Positions 12,914 to 25,164 of a stretch of DNA of 60,000 nucleotides are shown piece by piece. The notes beneath the pieces were generated by a model. It was given only the letters and a program-made list of their open reading frames with translations. It was not told the DNA's origin and ran no database searches. The DNA lies in assembly GCF_963921235.1 (NCBI RefSeq), contig NC_086097.1:65040001-65100000 (forward strand), in the 5' to 3' direction. The DNA is from Mobula hypostoma (lineage: Eukaryota). Position numbers and translations under genes: made by a program. How positions within the stretch are numbered: the first letter of the stretch is position 1; every line of letters begins with the position of its first letter.

Positions 12914-13111
12914 TGTAGGTTTTTGCATATTAAACAGCGTGAGGTGTTTTATGTTTAAGAAAAACCATAACAACTCGTTCATTGTACTCCAAACACAAAA
13001 AGCGCAGTAACAGAACTTCATGTAATACATCATCACATCAGAACAGGCTCTTAAAGTGAATCCCAATTCAATATCGGTGTTAGTGAATTATCAATTACAT
13101 TACCCTATACA
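12914..13111 (-). repeat. Probable 5' LTR of the Gypsy element
   Basis: TGTA...TACA termini, followed on the minus strand by a degenerate PBS-like TCAGTGACTCTGA and gag-like sequence. The outer end abuts an interrupted CR1. Confidence 0.6.
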
Positions 13112-14570
13112 TCTAGACCAAGTGATTTATCTACCTTCAGACCTTTCAGCTTCCCAAGCACCTTCTCCTTAATAATAGCAACTTCACTCATTTCTGTCCC
13201 CTGACACTCTTGAGCTTCTGGTATGCTGCTAGTGTCTTCCACAGTGACGTCTGATGCAAAATACTTATTAAGTTCATCCATTATTTCTTTGTCCCCCATT
13301 ACTACCTCACCAGCATCATTTTCCAGCAATCCAATATCCATTCTTGCCTCTCTTTTACTTCTTTACATATCTGAAAAAAAGTTTTGGTATCTTCATTGAT
13401 ATTATTGGCTAGTTTACCTTCATATTTCATCTTTTCTCTCCTTATGGCTTTTTCACTTACTTTCTGCTGTTTTTTTAAAACTTCCCTATCCTCTAACTTT
13501 CCACTAATTTGTTGCTATAATATCTGCCTTCTCTTTTGCTTTTAGGCTGTCTTTGACTTCCCTTGTCAGCCAAGGTTACCTCATTCTCCCTTTAGCATAC
13601 TTCTTCATTTTTGGGATGTATCTATCCTGTGCCTTTTGAACTGCCCCCAGAAACAACAGCTACTGCTGTTTTGCCATCATCCTTGCTATTGCTTCTTTCC
13701 AATCAACTTTTACCAACTCCACTCTCATGCCTCTGTCATTCCCTCTTTTATTCCACTGTAATACGGATACTGTACATTTGACTTTATCTTCTCCGTCTCA
13801 AACTTCAGGGTGAATTCTATCATATTCTGCTCACTTCATCCTAGGAGTTCCCTTACCTTAAGCTTCCTCATCAAATCTGGTTTATTACACAACACTCAAT
13901 CCAGAAGTGCCTATCCCCTGGTGGGTTCAACCACAAACTGCTCCAAAAAGCTATCAAGTAGGCAACCTACAAATTCCCTCTCTTGGGATCCAGCACAAAC
14001 CTGATTTTCCCAATCTACCTGCATTTTGAAATCCCTCATGACTATTGTAGCATTGCCCTTATTACATACCTTTTCTACTTCTTACTGAAATCTATATTGC
14101 ACATCCTGGCTTTTGTTTGGAGGCCTGTATATAACTGTCATCAGGGTCTTTTTACCCTTGCGGTTTCTTAACACTGCCCACAAGGATTCTACATCTTCTG
14201 ATCCTCTGTCACTTCTTTCTACGTATTTGATTTCATTTTTTATCAACAAAGCCACCCCACCCCCTTTGCCTACCTGTCTGTCCTTTCCATACAAGGTGTA
14301 TCCTTGAATATTAAATTCCCAACTGTGATCTTTCAGCCACATCTCAGTGATGCCCAGAACAACATACCTGCCAATCTCTAACTGCGCTACTGATCATCTA
14401 CCTTAATCTGTATACTGTGTGCACTCAAATATAACACCTTCAGTCATGTATTCATCCCACTTTCCTATTTTGCCCCCATGTTACACTTCACCTCATCCCA
14501 CTGACTGCAATTTTGCCCTATTATCTAACTGTCCTTCCTCAAAGTCTCACTACATGCTGCATCGACTATT
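13112..14570 (-). mobile_element. CR1 LINE ORF2 5' portion (APE endonuclease and linker)
   Basis: GYTLYGKDRQVGKGGGVALLIK, VIYRPPN, LKGLKVDKS; cut off at the Gypsy LTR. Confidence 0.85.
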
Positions 14571-15452
14571 TTTACAAAAATGTTTTGAATTTACCAACAT
14601 TACTGGATGTCAGAAGTTATTAGTAATATTATCAGTTAATAACCTGTTGAGCTGAAGCTTCAGCTTTTTTTTATTGTTTTGGTATTTAACAGATTGAGCG
14701 TTTTATTAAGTTAACAGATTATGAATTTTCTTATCTAGTCATCTCAGACAACAAATGATCTAAATTATTTGGATAACTTCTGGAAGCACAATTTAGCATT
14801 AGATTTTTTTGCAGTTCACAGCACATTATGGGAATCAATATTTTGGCTGTTGTGTGCTCATTTTTATTTAAACTTATACTCCTAAATATTGAGATAATGG
14901 GAGATGTTTAAAAGTGATGAAGGAAAAGTTATACAAAGTGTTTCAAAGTTGGCTTTATACATTTGAAATTAAAAATGCAGGACATAAAGTTATTTCAGTT
15001 GAAATACTGTTGAAGGGATTAAGCAATTTAAAGTATTAGGAGATCAAATTTTTACGTTTTTCTTTTGTGACTGGTTCAACATCCTGTAGATTTCTCAAGC
15101 AAGAAATGATGAATCATTACTCCTGGTTGCTAAAATTGTTCTAAGAAGCTAATTCACACCTTTGTGCTTGCAGAATTCTGTTCTGCTGAGTTACTGCCTT
15201 TGAGTGAAAAGGATGTAAAACGTTAATTGTAAAATATTATTGCCCCATTAAAAAAAATCTTCCTGACAGTCCATTCATTTTGACCCTTACAGACCAACAC
15301 CACATATTTATTCAAGTGTTTATGACACCCATCACAAGAGATGTGGTTTTCAATATTTGGTATGTTTTACATCATAATGAGTTAATGTTATATCTGGATA
15401 GGGCATTCTTTATAAAAGTCATGACAATATAAGAAGACTATACTGCATATTG

Positions 15453-15675
15453 AGCAGCTGTTGCATATCATAAGTCCTGGTTATGCAACCACTGATGCTA
15501 GGCAGACAATCTCTGAAGAGTATTGATAATGGCTAGGGTCTCCTGTCTTGTAAAGACACTGCCCAGAAAAAGGCAATGGCAAACCATTTCTGTAGACTTT
15601 TTGCCAAGAACAATCATGGTCATGAGACCATTATCACCAGTGTCATACATCATGGCACGTAATGATGATGATGAC
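15453..15675 (+). mobile_element. Short retroposon, probably RTE-related SINE
   Basis: GGCAATGGCAAACC motif and (ATG)n tail; a partial second copy lies at ~38920-39035. Confidence 0.55.
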
Positions 15676-15870
15676 TTCATATTGCTTGGATGGGAGAACT
15701 GATACATTTATTTTGTACTTATTTTCACCATAGAAAACAACCATAGCAGAGATATTGAGAAGTAAAACATTTGAAGCTAATTGTTGTGCCTGAGCAACTA
15801 CATATCGATTAAATAAAGGCACGCACGTGGAAGACGGCTTAAACTGGTGTATTCACTTTGCAGCGAGAGT

Positions 15871-15890
15871 GAGAGAGAGAGAGAGAGAGA
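15871..15890. repeat. (GA)10 microsatellite
   Basis: Directly visible. Confidence 0.9.
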
Positions 15891-16551
15891 CCACAATGTG
15901 CATGTGTAGACAACCAATCAATAGGCGTGCTGAGATAACAGATCTATATGTAGTGCTGAGGGGAGTCATTGCTCTGAAAGAAATAGATCCATACATTACA
16001 CTAATGAGGTGCTTTAAGTAATTTGTATCATGCTGTATATAAATGTTCTGGAGAATTTGAGGACTAAAACCTGAAGGATCCTCTGGACTGATAAATGCAA
16101 CCCAGGATCCTCAAAGAAAAAGTAGCTGCAGAAATATTGGATATATAAGTGATCAACTTCCTAAATACTTACATTCTGCAAAGTAACAACTATTACCTCA
16201 CTATCTGAGAACAGAGAGGAAATAAAGAACCTTGGAGCAGTTTTAACCATGTCATTATCCATTGTAGAGATTGTGGAATACGGCACTGAGGAAAAGCATG
16301 AAACAAAAAAATCAGTAAATGCTGGAGATACTCAAAAGGATCTTTGAAGAGACAAACAGAGTTAATGTTTCAGGTAAGTGACCTTTCACCTGCAGTTTTT
16401 AATGCTTCTTTTTAATTACTTAGAACAACATGATTTTACAAAATATATGTTTTATTTGGTATGGCTAAGAGCTTCCGTTTAGAGGGGGCAACTTAATGGG
16501 ATAGATCAGGGGGAGGGGTTGTTTTATTTGTTTCTTTTCCATTTTTCAGGA

Positions 16552-17665
16552 TTTGAGCATTGTTGGAAAGGCAAGCATTTATTTCTCATCTCTAATTGCC
16601 CCTGAAAATGTGATGGTGAGCTACCTTTGGAACTGCTATTGAAGCAAAGTATTCCCACAAGGCCGGGAGCTCCAAAATATAGAGCCAGTAACAATGAGGG
16701 AAAGGTGTTACATTTCTATGTCAGTGTGGTGTACTGCTTGCGTCTTTGTCTTCTTTGTGGTAGTAACCAGTGTTTGGGGAAGATGTTGAAGGAGTACCCT
16801 TGGAGAGGACTTGCTGCACACTTTGTAGACACTACAGGCTACAACCACTGTGCCATGGTCAAGGCTAAACAACTTACCTGGATTTTCGAAATCAATGTAA
16901 TTAGAGGTTCCCAGTGTTGGGGAAAACATGTTAACGTGATGTTTAGATAATGCAATTGTAAGTTGAAATACCACTGAGATATATACAATGAGTGGCCGGG
17001 ACCTGAGGAGTGCTGCTATCCAGAGGGACATTGAGCTTCCAGGTTGATACGGTCGTGAAAAAGACGTTCAGTAGGCTTGCCGTCATAATTTGAAGCGTTG
17101 CGTGCGAGAATAATGATGTCAAGTTGCAGCTGTATAAAAATTGGTCAGGCTACATTTGGAGTATTGTGTAAAGCTCTGGTTGCTACGCCACAGAAAGGAT
17201 GTGCTCACAGCAGAAAGAGTGGAGAAGGTTTTCAACCAGATATGACATAAAATAGAGGGTTTTATTTGGATAGGCTGGATTCATTCTTACTTGCAATGGA
17301 GAATGCTGAGGGGTGAGCTTAATGAGGTATAAAAAAGTCTGACATAGATAGGATAAATAATCAGATACGTTTCCTAGTATGGGGGAGTCTAAATCTGCAG
17401 GTCTTGGGTTGAAGGTGAGAACAGAAGTTTAAATGGGATCTGAGAGGTAGCTTCTCATACAGAAGGTGGTGAATAGCTGGAACAAGCTGTCAAAGAGATG
17501 GTGGAGGCAGGCACAATAACAATGCTTCAAGGGCATTTGGTAAGGAATCTGGATTGGAAAGGTGTAGAGTGATACCAATTAACGCAGGCAAATGGGATTG
17601 ATGTAGATATGTAGGTACTGCAGTCAGCACAGACAAGATGGGCCAGTGCTCTACAACCCTATGAC
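16552..17665. mobile_element. Two old LINE 3' fragments (minus ~16552-16870; CR1 plus ~16905-17665)
   Basis: The plus fragment resembles other CR1 3' regions in the window (ggagtattgtgt, gtggtgaatagctggaac); the minus fragment assignment is weaker. Confidence 0.55.
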
Positions 17666-18697
17666 TTTAGCAATAAGGGACATGATCCCAGCTGCTATTA
17701 GTCATTGCCAGAGGAATTAGTTTTGGAACTTGACTTGGTCACTGTTTATAGTCTGGTGTAATGGATCTGATTTACTAACAATGCAAACCTATGAGGAGGA
17801 GAAACTTGGAAGAACAAACCAAAGGATACAGGCATTGTAAGATGCAAGGTTATTCTCGTTCAGAGAAAAGGGGTGGTGCAATGTCACAGAGAGCAGAGTT
17901 GCCACTTTAAAGTTCCAGTGTGCTGAGTTCATTCCTGACCTCCAGTGCTGCCTTCAAAGAGGGTGAAGTTAATACCAATCCCTTGGAATAACTAAAGAGG
18001 CAGCCCCAAAACACTGTGCACTGTAACCAGTGGAAGCTTATCATTGATCTGATTTTCTACAGAAGTGCAGTGTCGGAGTGAATTGAAATTCACATTCACA
18101 TTTGCCAGCAGCAAGCCACCCTCCCACACAGACTACTGGCTCAATGAGTCCACTAGGTCCTCAGCAAGGAACAGCATCTCCTGGCTTGATAACCTAACAC
18201 TCCTGACACTGGTCTGTTGCATTGAGTGTATGGCCCCCTGGCTGAGCTGTAACTCTGTCATGACTCAGTCTGCCCTGAGAAGCTTCAGGTGGCTAAGCTG
18301 CAGCCTGCTATGGCTGCCAGCCTGTCACTCCTCCTCCAGATCTCAGAGGAACACCACACTCATGGCTTTGTCTTGATAGACCTTTATAGCAACAACGAGC
18401 AGGGTGGTAGGACCAAAAGTGAAGAAGGTGAACAACAGGCCAAGTGTAACTATTCACAAAACTTTGTTCAGTGTTAGCTGAGGAAATCGTTGTGTAGTAA
18501 GTCTTGTACAGTCATCGGAGAGAGCAATTACATTGCCAGTTCCTCATCAGCATCCATTGCCAAAGCTTTTAGCCTTCCAGAGAACCTGCAAATCTTTGGC
18601 CCTGCTTTAACTCCAAAACTGCCGTTGTTTTCAATGAGTGATCAATGCATTTAGTAAGTATCCTGTCTTACTTGCCGGGGTTTACTTGAACCATGCA

Positions 18698-18832
18698 ATG
18701 GTCCTGCTGAAGGGTTTCGGCCCGAAACATCGACCATACTCTTTTCCCTAGAGGCTGCCTGGCCTGCAGAGTTCCTCCAGCATTTTATGAGTGTTGCTTG
18801 GACTTCCAGCATCTGCAGATTTTCTCGTGTTT
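18698..18832 (+). mobile_element. Penelope-derived short element with hammerhead ribozyme-like motif (copy 1)
   Basis: ATGGTC-CTGCTGA-A-GGGTTTCGGCCC-GAAAC-ATC-GACCAT at 18698-18737, followed by the family tail ...GGCCTGCAGAGTTCCTCCAGCATTTT...GTGTTT. Confidence 0.7.
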
Positions 18833-18877
18833 GAAAATGATTCAAAGAGGATTTAAATGATGCTACAAATTAATATA

Positions 18878-19515
18878 CACCCAGCAGCCACTTTATTAGG
18901 TACACTTGCTTGTTAATGCAAGCATCTAATCAGCTAAAAGCATGCAGGCATAGTCAAGAGGTTCAGTTGTTGTTCAGACCAAACGTCAGAATGGGGGAAA
19001 ATATGATCTAAGCAACACAGACACAAAATGCTGGAGGAACTCAGTAGGCCAGGCAGCATCTATGGAAAAAAGTAGAATTGACGTTTCAGGCTGAGACTCC
19101 TCGACAGGATCTAAGTGACTTTGACCATGGAACGATTATTGGTGCCAGATGTGGTGGTTTAAGCATCTCAGAAACTACTGATCTTTTGCAACTTTCACGC
19201 ACAATGGTTTCTAGAGTTTACAGAAAATGGTATGAAAAGCAAAAAAAAATCCAGTGAGCGGCAGATCTGTGGATGAAAATACCTTGTTAGTGAGAGAGGT
19301 CAGAGGAGAATGGCCAGTCTGGTTCAAGCTGACAAGAGGGAAATAGTGATTCAAATAACCACACGACACAACAGTGGTGTGCAGAAGAGCATCTCAAACA
19401 TGTCAAACCTTGAAGTGGATGAGCTACGGCTGCAGAAGATCACAAGCATGTAGAAATACATTCAGTGGCCACTTTATTAGGTAGCTCCTGTACCTAGTAA
19501 AGTGGCCACTGAATG
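18878..19515 (+). mobile_element. Non-autonomous Tc1/mariner element
   Basis: TA-flanked TIRs CAC..CAG..GCCACTTTATTAGGTAC and GTACCTAGTAAAGTGGCCACTGAATG; internal transposase N-terminal remnant (DLSDFD.G.I.GAR). Confidence 0.8.
19013..19107 (-). mobile_element. Hammerhead-family short element (copy 2, degenerate core) nested in the Tc1 element
   Basis: TSD GATCTAAG at 19005-19012 and 19108-19115; minus strand reads CTGTCGAGGAGTCTCAGCCTGAAACGTC. Confidence 0.75.
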
Positions 19516-19801
19516 TATGCGTATGTCATATTAGATGCAGGTACTTTGCTGCCTGAAGATCACAGGCTGACTAACCCTGAGGAGTGATGTTTCTCCCAGA
19601 GTAGTCCCCAGTGCAGGCTTCCACTGGGAGGCATGGCATCATACAGTAAGGGGGCCATCACATTACAAACAGCCACGTGCACTCACCCAGTGGCTCTGAT
19701 GGAGGCTGAGGTCCTCCCAGGGGTGAACGCAGTTTATAGCAATGCCACAAACACGGCATCAGCTGCTTCTTCACCGGTACACCAACCTCTATCAGCTTAC
19801 T

Positions 19802-19974
19802 TTCGCAAAGACACAAGAGACGGCAGATGCTGGAATCTGCAGCATGACATAGAATACTAGAAGAATTCAGCAAGTCAAGCAGCATCTGTGAGGGAAATGG
19901 GCTGAGACTGATTGATTTCCCTCTGCAAACGTTGCCTTACATGTGGAGCTTCACCAGCATTTTGGGTGTTGCTG
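19802..19974. mobile_element. Related short element (copy 3), inverted arms, ribozyme core lost
   Basis: TSD CAGCTTACT at 19793-19801 and 19975-19983; family arms in opposite orientations. Confidence 0.65.
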
Positions 19975-20468
19975 CAGCTTACTGTAACGACAGGATGCTG
20001 ACCAGAGACACAGTGGTGATGACAGCTGTCACTGTTATTGAATGAATTTAATTTCCTCAAATAATTAACATTGCTCAAGAGCTGTCAAAAATAATAAGTA
20101 TGATAAAAAAGGACAAACAGACGTCACGCACGCACGCAAAAGTTGTCTTTACCTCTCTTCCAGTTGCTATTCATTTTAGCAGGGCCACTGTATTTAAACC
20201 ACATTTAATTAATGCCAGAGAGCTGGTAAATCTCTGGAAGTTGGTGGTGTGCTCCTGGCTTGCTGCAGAGTCCACTATGGCAGAACGAATATCTGTGACT
20301 GAAAATCATGAGCAGACCACCACCCAACAGCCTGTGCCTGACCACAGCCCAGTTATAGGCTCAGCCTTCAGCACACGAGGGCACATTACAGCAGACGGTC
20401 TCCTCAGAAATACGAATGTGAAAATCAGATGAGAGAATGAGCAGGAGTGGAGGCCATGGATTTGGGCT

Positions 20469-20669
20469 ACACACACACACGATGCTGGAGGAACTCAACA
20501 GGCCAGGCAGAATCTATGGAAAAGAGTAAACAGTGGACGTTTCGGGCCGAGACCCTTCATCAGAACTCACACAGTCCTTCATCCATAGATGCTGCCTGGT
20601 CTGCTGAGTCCATCCAGCGTTTTGCACGCGTTGCTTGGATTTCCAGCACCTGCAGATTTTCGTGTGTTT
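20469..20669 (-). mobile_element. Hammerhead-family short element (copy 4), inverted arms, intact catalytic core
   Basis: TSD ATGGATTTGGGCT at 20456-20468 and 20670-20682; minus strand 20563-20536 reads CTGATGA-A-GGGTCTCGGCCC-GAAAC-GTC. Confidence 0.8.
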
Positions 20670-21049
20670 ATGGATTTGGGCTGATGTTTGATGCCAGTAA
20701 TCCTTATAAGCAAAGAGAAATTTGCCACTGATATCTGTAATAGTGACAATACCCATTACCATCTGTGGAGCATAAACTGAAGGAAGCATTTAAAATGGAA
20801 TCATATGTGGTTGTTGGAGGACAATACAAACAATGAATGGAAGAGTTATCTGAGGACGTTATTGTGAAGATGAGAAAATTTGCCCCAGGCTCCATAGCCA
20901 GTTCCAGGAAATGTTGAGCCTGACTTTGTCAATGATTCGTGCTTCACCCAGTTTAAAGGAACACTGAATCTCCTTCTGAATTCAAAAAAATCTGTTGTTC
21001 ATTCCAAGGCAGCTATTGTGTTACAGAGAATAGAAAATCACTGCCTGTA

Positions 21050-23805
21050 ATAAGACCATAAGATCATAAAACATAGAAGCAGAATTAGGCCACTCGGCCC
21101 ATCAAGTCTGCTCTGCCATTCCATCATGGTTGATTTATTATCCTTCTCAACCCCATTATCCTGCCTTCTCTCCGAAACTTTTGATGCCCTGACTAATCAA
21201 GAACCTATCAATTTCCGCTTCAAATATACTCAATGACTTTGCCTCCGCAGCCGTCTGTAACACTGAAATTCCACAGATTCGCCATCCTCTAGCTAAAGAA
21301 ATTCCTCCTCATCTCTGTTCTAAATGGACTTCCCTCTATTTTGAGGCTGTGCCCTCTGGTCCTAGACTTACCCAAAAAAGGAAACATCCTCTGCATATCT
21401 ACTCTACCTCAGCCTTTCAGTGTTCAACAGGTTTCAATAACTGTCCTCCCTCATTCTTCTAAATTCCAGCGAGTACAGGCCCAGAGCCATCAAACGCTCC
21501 TCATATTTTAACCCTTTCATTTCCTGAATCATTTTTGTTAATCTCCTCTGGACTGTCTCCAATGCCAGCACATCCTTCCTTAGATAAGGGGCCCAAAACT
21601 ACTCAAAGTGTGGTCTGACCAACGTCTTATAAAGGTATCACATCCCTTGTCTTCTCTATATTCTAGTCTTCTCAAAATGAATGCTATTATTGCATTTGTC
21701 TTCCTTACCACCGATTGAATTTCCAAGTTAACCTGTAGGCAATCCTGCACAGGGACTCTGAGGTCCCTTTGCATCTCTGATTTTTTAAAATTTTCTCCCC
21801 ATTTAGAAAATAGTCTGCACTTTTATTCCTACTACCAAAGTGCTTGACCATGCACTTCATGACACTATATGTCATCTGCCACTTCTTTGCCATTCTCCCA
21901 ATCTGTCCAAGTCCTTCTGCAGGCAGACTCTCTGCTCTCTCAACACTACCTGGCCATCTATCTTTCTTTATATTGTCTGAAAACTTGGCCACAAAGCCAT
22001 CAATTCCATCAACCAGATCACTGAAATATAACGTGAAAGAAGCAGTCCTAATACATACCCTTGTGGAACACCACTGATCACCAGCAGCCAACCAGAATAG
22101 ATCCCCTTTATTCCCAATCACAGAAGCCCCCTGCTAGTCAGCAATCTTCTATCTATGCCAGTATCTTTCCTGGAACACCGTGAGCTCTTATCTTGTTAAG
22201 CAGCCTCATGTGTAATACATTGTGAAAGGCCTTCTGAAAATCCAAGTAAACAACACCTACTGACTCTCCCGCTTGATATTTCCTCAAAGAATTCCAACAG
22301 ATTTGTCACACAAGATTTCCCCCTTAGGAAACCATGTTGATTTTGGCCTACTTTATCATGTGTCTCCAAGTACCCTGAAACTCAACCTTCATAATCAGCT
22401 CCAACATCTTCCCAATCACAGAAGTCATGCTAATTATTGCCTTTTTTCTGCCTTCCTCCCTTCTTAAAGAGTGAAGTGATATTTGCAATTTTCCAGTCCT
22501 CTGGAACAATTCCAGAATCTAGTGATTCTTGAAAGATCATTACTAATGCCTCTGCAACCTCTTCAGCTTCCTCTTTCAGAACTCAGGGGTGTGGTCCATC
22601 TGGTCCAGGTGACTTATCCACCTTCAGACCTATCAACTTCCCAACCACCTTCTCCTTAGTAATAGCAACTACACTCAATTCTGCCTCCTGACATTCTTGA
22701 ACTTCTGTCATCCTGCTTGTGTATCTTCCATAGTGAAGATTGATGCAAAATATGAATAAAGTTCTTCCGCCATTTCTTAGTCCCCATTATATCTCTCTGG
22801 CATCATTTTCGAGCTGTCCAATGTCCACTTTTGTCTCTCTTTTACTCTTCATATATCTGAAAAATCTTCTGGTATCCTCTTTTATATTATTGGTTAGCTT
22901 ACCTTCATATTTAATCTTTTCTGTCCTTATGGTTATTATTTTAGTTGTCTTCTCAAACTACAGGGTGAATTCTATCATATTATGATCACTGTCTCTTAAG
23001 GGTTCCTTTACCTTAAGCTCCCGAATCAAATCTGGCTCATTACACAACATCCAATCCAGAATTGCCTTTCTTCTAGTGGGCTCAACCACAAGCTGTTCTA
23101 AGAAGCCACCTCGTTGGCATTCTACAAATTTTCTGTCTTGGGATCCAGCACCAATTTGTTTTCCCCAACCTCCCTGCATATAGAAATCCCCCATGACTCT
23201 TGTACATTACTCTTACTACATTCCTTTCCTATTTCCTGTTGAAATTTATACGGTATCATACATCCTTGCTGCTGTTTAGAGTCCTGTATATAAATTTCAT
23301 CAAGGTCTTTTAACTCTTGCAATTTCTTAACTTTGCCCACAAAGATTCTAGATCTCCTGATCCTATGTCACCTTTCTAAGGATTGGATTTCATTTTTTTT
23401 ACCAACAGATCCACCCCAGCCCCTCTGCCTATCTGCCTGTTCTTTTGATACAATGTGTATTCTTGGATGTTAAGCTCCCAACTATGATCTTCTTTCAGCC
23501 CTGAACTTTATACTTGCCAGTCTTTAACTGCGCTACCAGATCATCTGCCTTATTCTCTATTCTGTGTGCATTTAAATGTAACATCATCAGTCCTGTATTC
23601 ATCCCCCCTTTAGATTTTGTCCCCATGTTACACTTTACTTATTCCATTGACTGTAATTTTACCCTATTATCTGCCTGCTGTTCCTCACAGTCTCACTACA
23701 CTATGCACCAACTTGCATACAAACTGCTTCATCGTCAGACCTATCACTCTGGTTCCAACTGCCTACCAAATAATTTAAATCCTCAGCAACAGCACTAGTA
23801 ATCTG
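21050..23805 (-). mobile_element. CR1 LINE, 5'-truncated, with internal deletion near 22955
   Basis: Tail at 21050; fragments MGDFYM, EPTRRKAILDW..N, SDHNMIEF, VAKFSDNIK. Confidence 0.85.
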
Positions 23806-24589
23806 GTATATAGTATCAGTTTTGCAGTTCGTATTTTGCCTCACATCAACCAAAATGAAATTCAGTTAGGGAAACAAAACTTGAAAGTCAAAAAGTTGCA
23901 GATATTGATATAATACCAGAAAATGCTAAAAAGGCATTTTCTTCAGCTCTGGGCAGCATCAGTGGAGAGAAAAACAGAATGAATATTTCAGATCAATGAC
24001 CTTGGGAATAGAGAGAACCCAAACAAGATTTAAGTGCAGAGAAGGGACAAAGGCGAAGAGAACAAAGGGAGTATCTCGTCATGGTCAGGAGGGTCTCCTC
24101 TAGGCAGAAGTTAGTTCACCGAATAACAGGAGCACCCTTGTTTACTGGATTGAGGCAATCGAGGTTGGACTTCAGTGACTGAACCGCTTCAGCTAAAGTC
24201 AATGATGTAAGGGCCCAGAGGTTTATTTTACCTTTAAAGTAGGGAACTGTTAGAGATTCTTGTCTGGAAGTTGCTTTTGTCCCATTGGGAGAACTACACT
24301 TGTAGTTCCCATGGGTACTGCTGGTCGGCTCGGTCATCCAGATATGGCTCTGCTTCAACTTGTAGACGATCACACTCTCTTGATGTTGGTCTCCTCTTCC
24401 TCCCCTGAGTTTCCTGCTTCAGGTGCCTGTCCAAAGCTCCAGATGGGTGTTGTATACTCAGTGGGACCAGCACAACAACAGTATTTCAAAGAAGTTTCTT
24501 CCTCAGGCAGTCCCTCTGTGTTGAATGACTTCATTTCACTCTGATTTTAGATCTCAGCCTGCTTAGTCCACACCCTCCACCAAGCAGCC

Positions 24590-24850
24590 ATTAATGTGGC
24601 TCCTGTTTAATTTTCTCCACACCTCCCAGATTCCATCACTCACCTACACACTGCTGGCAATTTATGGTGGCTAATTCAATTCATAACCTGCAGAACTTTG
24701 GGACTTTGGGATGTGAGAAAAAATGGAGTGCCTGGAGATAATCCAAACAGTAACTGGAAGTATGTGCACCTACACCACTAGAGGTCAGGATTTAGCTCAG
24801 CTTTCCTGGAGCTGCGTTGTGGTAGTTCTTACAACTGCCCCACTTTGCTG
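24590..24850 (-). mobile_element. Degenerate tRNA-derived V-SINE/HE1-like element
   Basis: Degenerate tRNA-like head and V-domain-like body; related fragments at ~17870-17950 and ~29505-29670. Confidence 0.45.
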
Positions 24851-25164
24851 TGGCCCGTTCTGGGGGCTCTGAGGTGATTGAAATGGCCCATGTGGTATCC
24901 ACAGACTCTGCGGGGAGTGGGTAGGTGGTATTTTGGGAAGTGACATACCTCTGCCAATCACTCTGGCCTACCATGAGCTGTTCCAGTGCCATCCCATTTG
25001 TCCATTCTCCATTTTCTTTTAGCAGTCATGGGCCAGAGATTGTCACATTCCTGTGGGAACATGACACTAATGATCAGAGTATCCATAGACACAACAGGAG
25101 CATTCCTGTGCAGGTCCTACAAAGATTTTTGACGGGAAACCAAGTTTCTATATAAGAAAGCTAC

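Larger units (their letters stand above)
9990..13111 (-). mobile_element. Ty3/Gypsy LTR retrotransposon remnant (5' LTR, gag, protease, RT, RNase H, partial integrase; no 3' LTR)
   Basis: Protease LCDAGATVSVLP, RT FVYLDDILVAS, RNase H EFTTDIQHIK..NAVPDCLSR, integrase LGLRAAPKEDL..STAELVY. Order PR-RT-RH-IN is Gypsy-type. Frameshifted throughout. Confidence 0.88.

Noticed and set aside
18000..20440. Possible further Harbinger remnants or host exons in the GC-richer stretches between insertions
   Set aside because: Only vague motif resemblance and no consistent frame or splice pattern.
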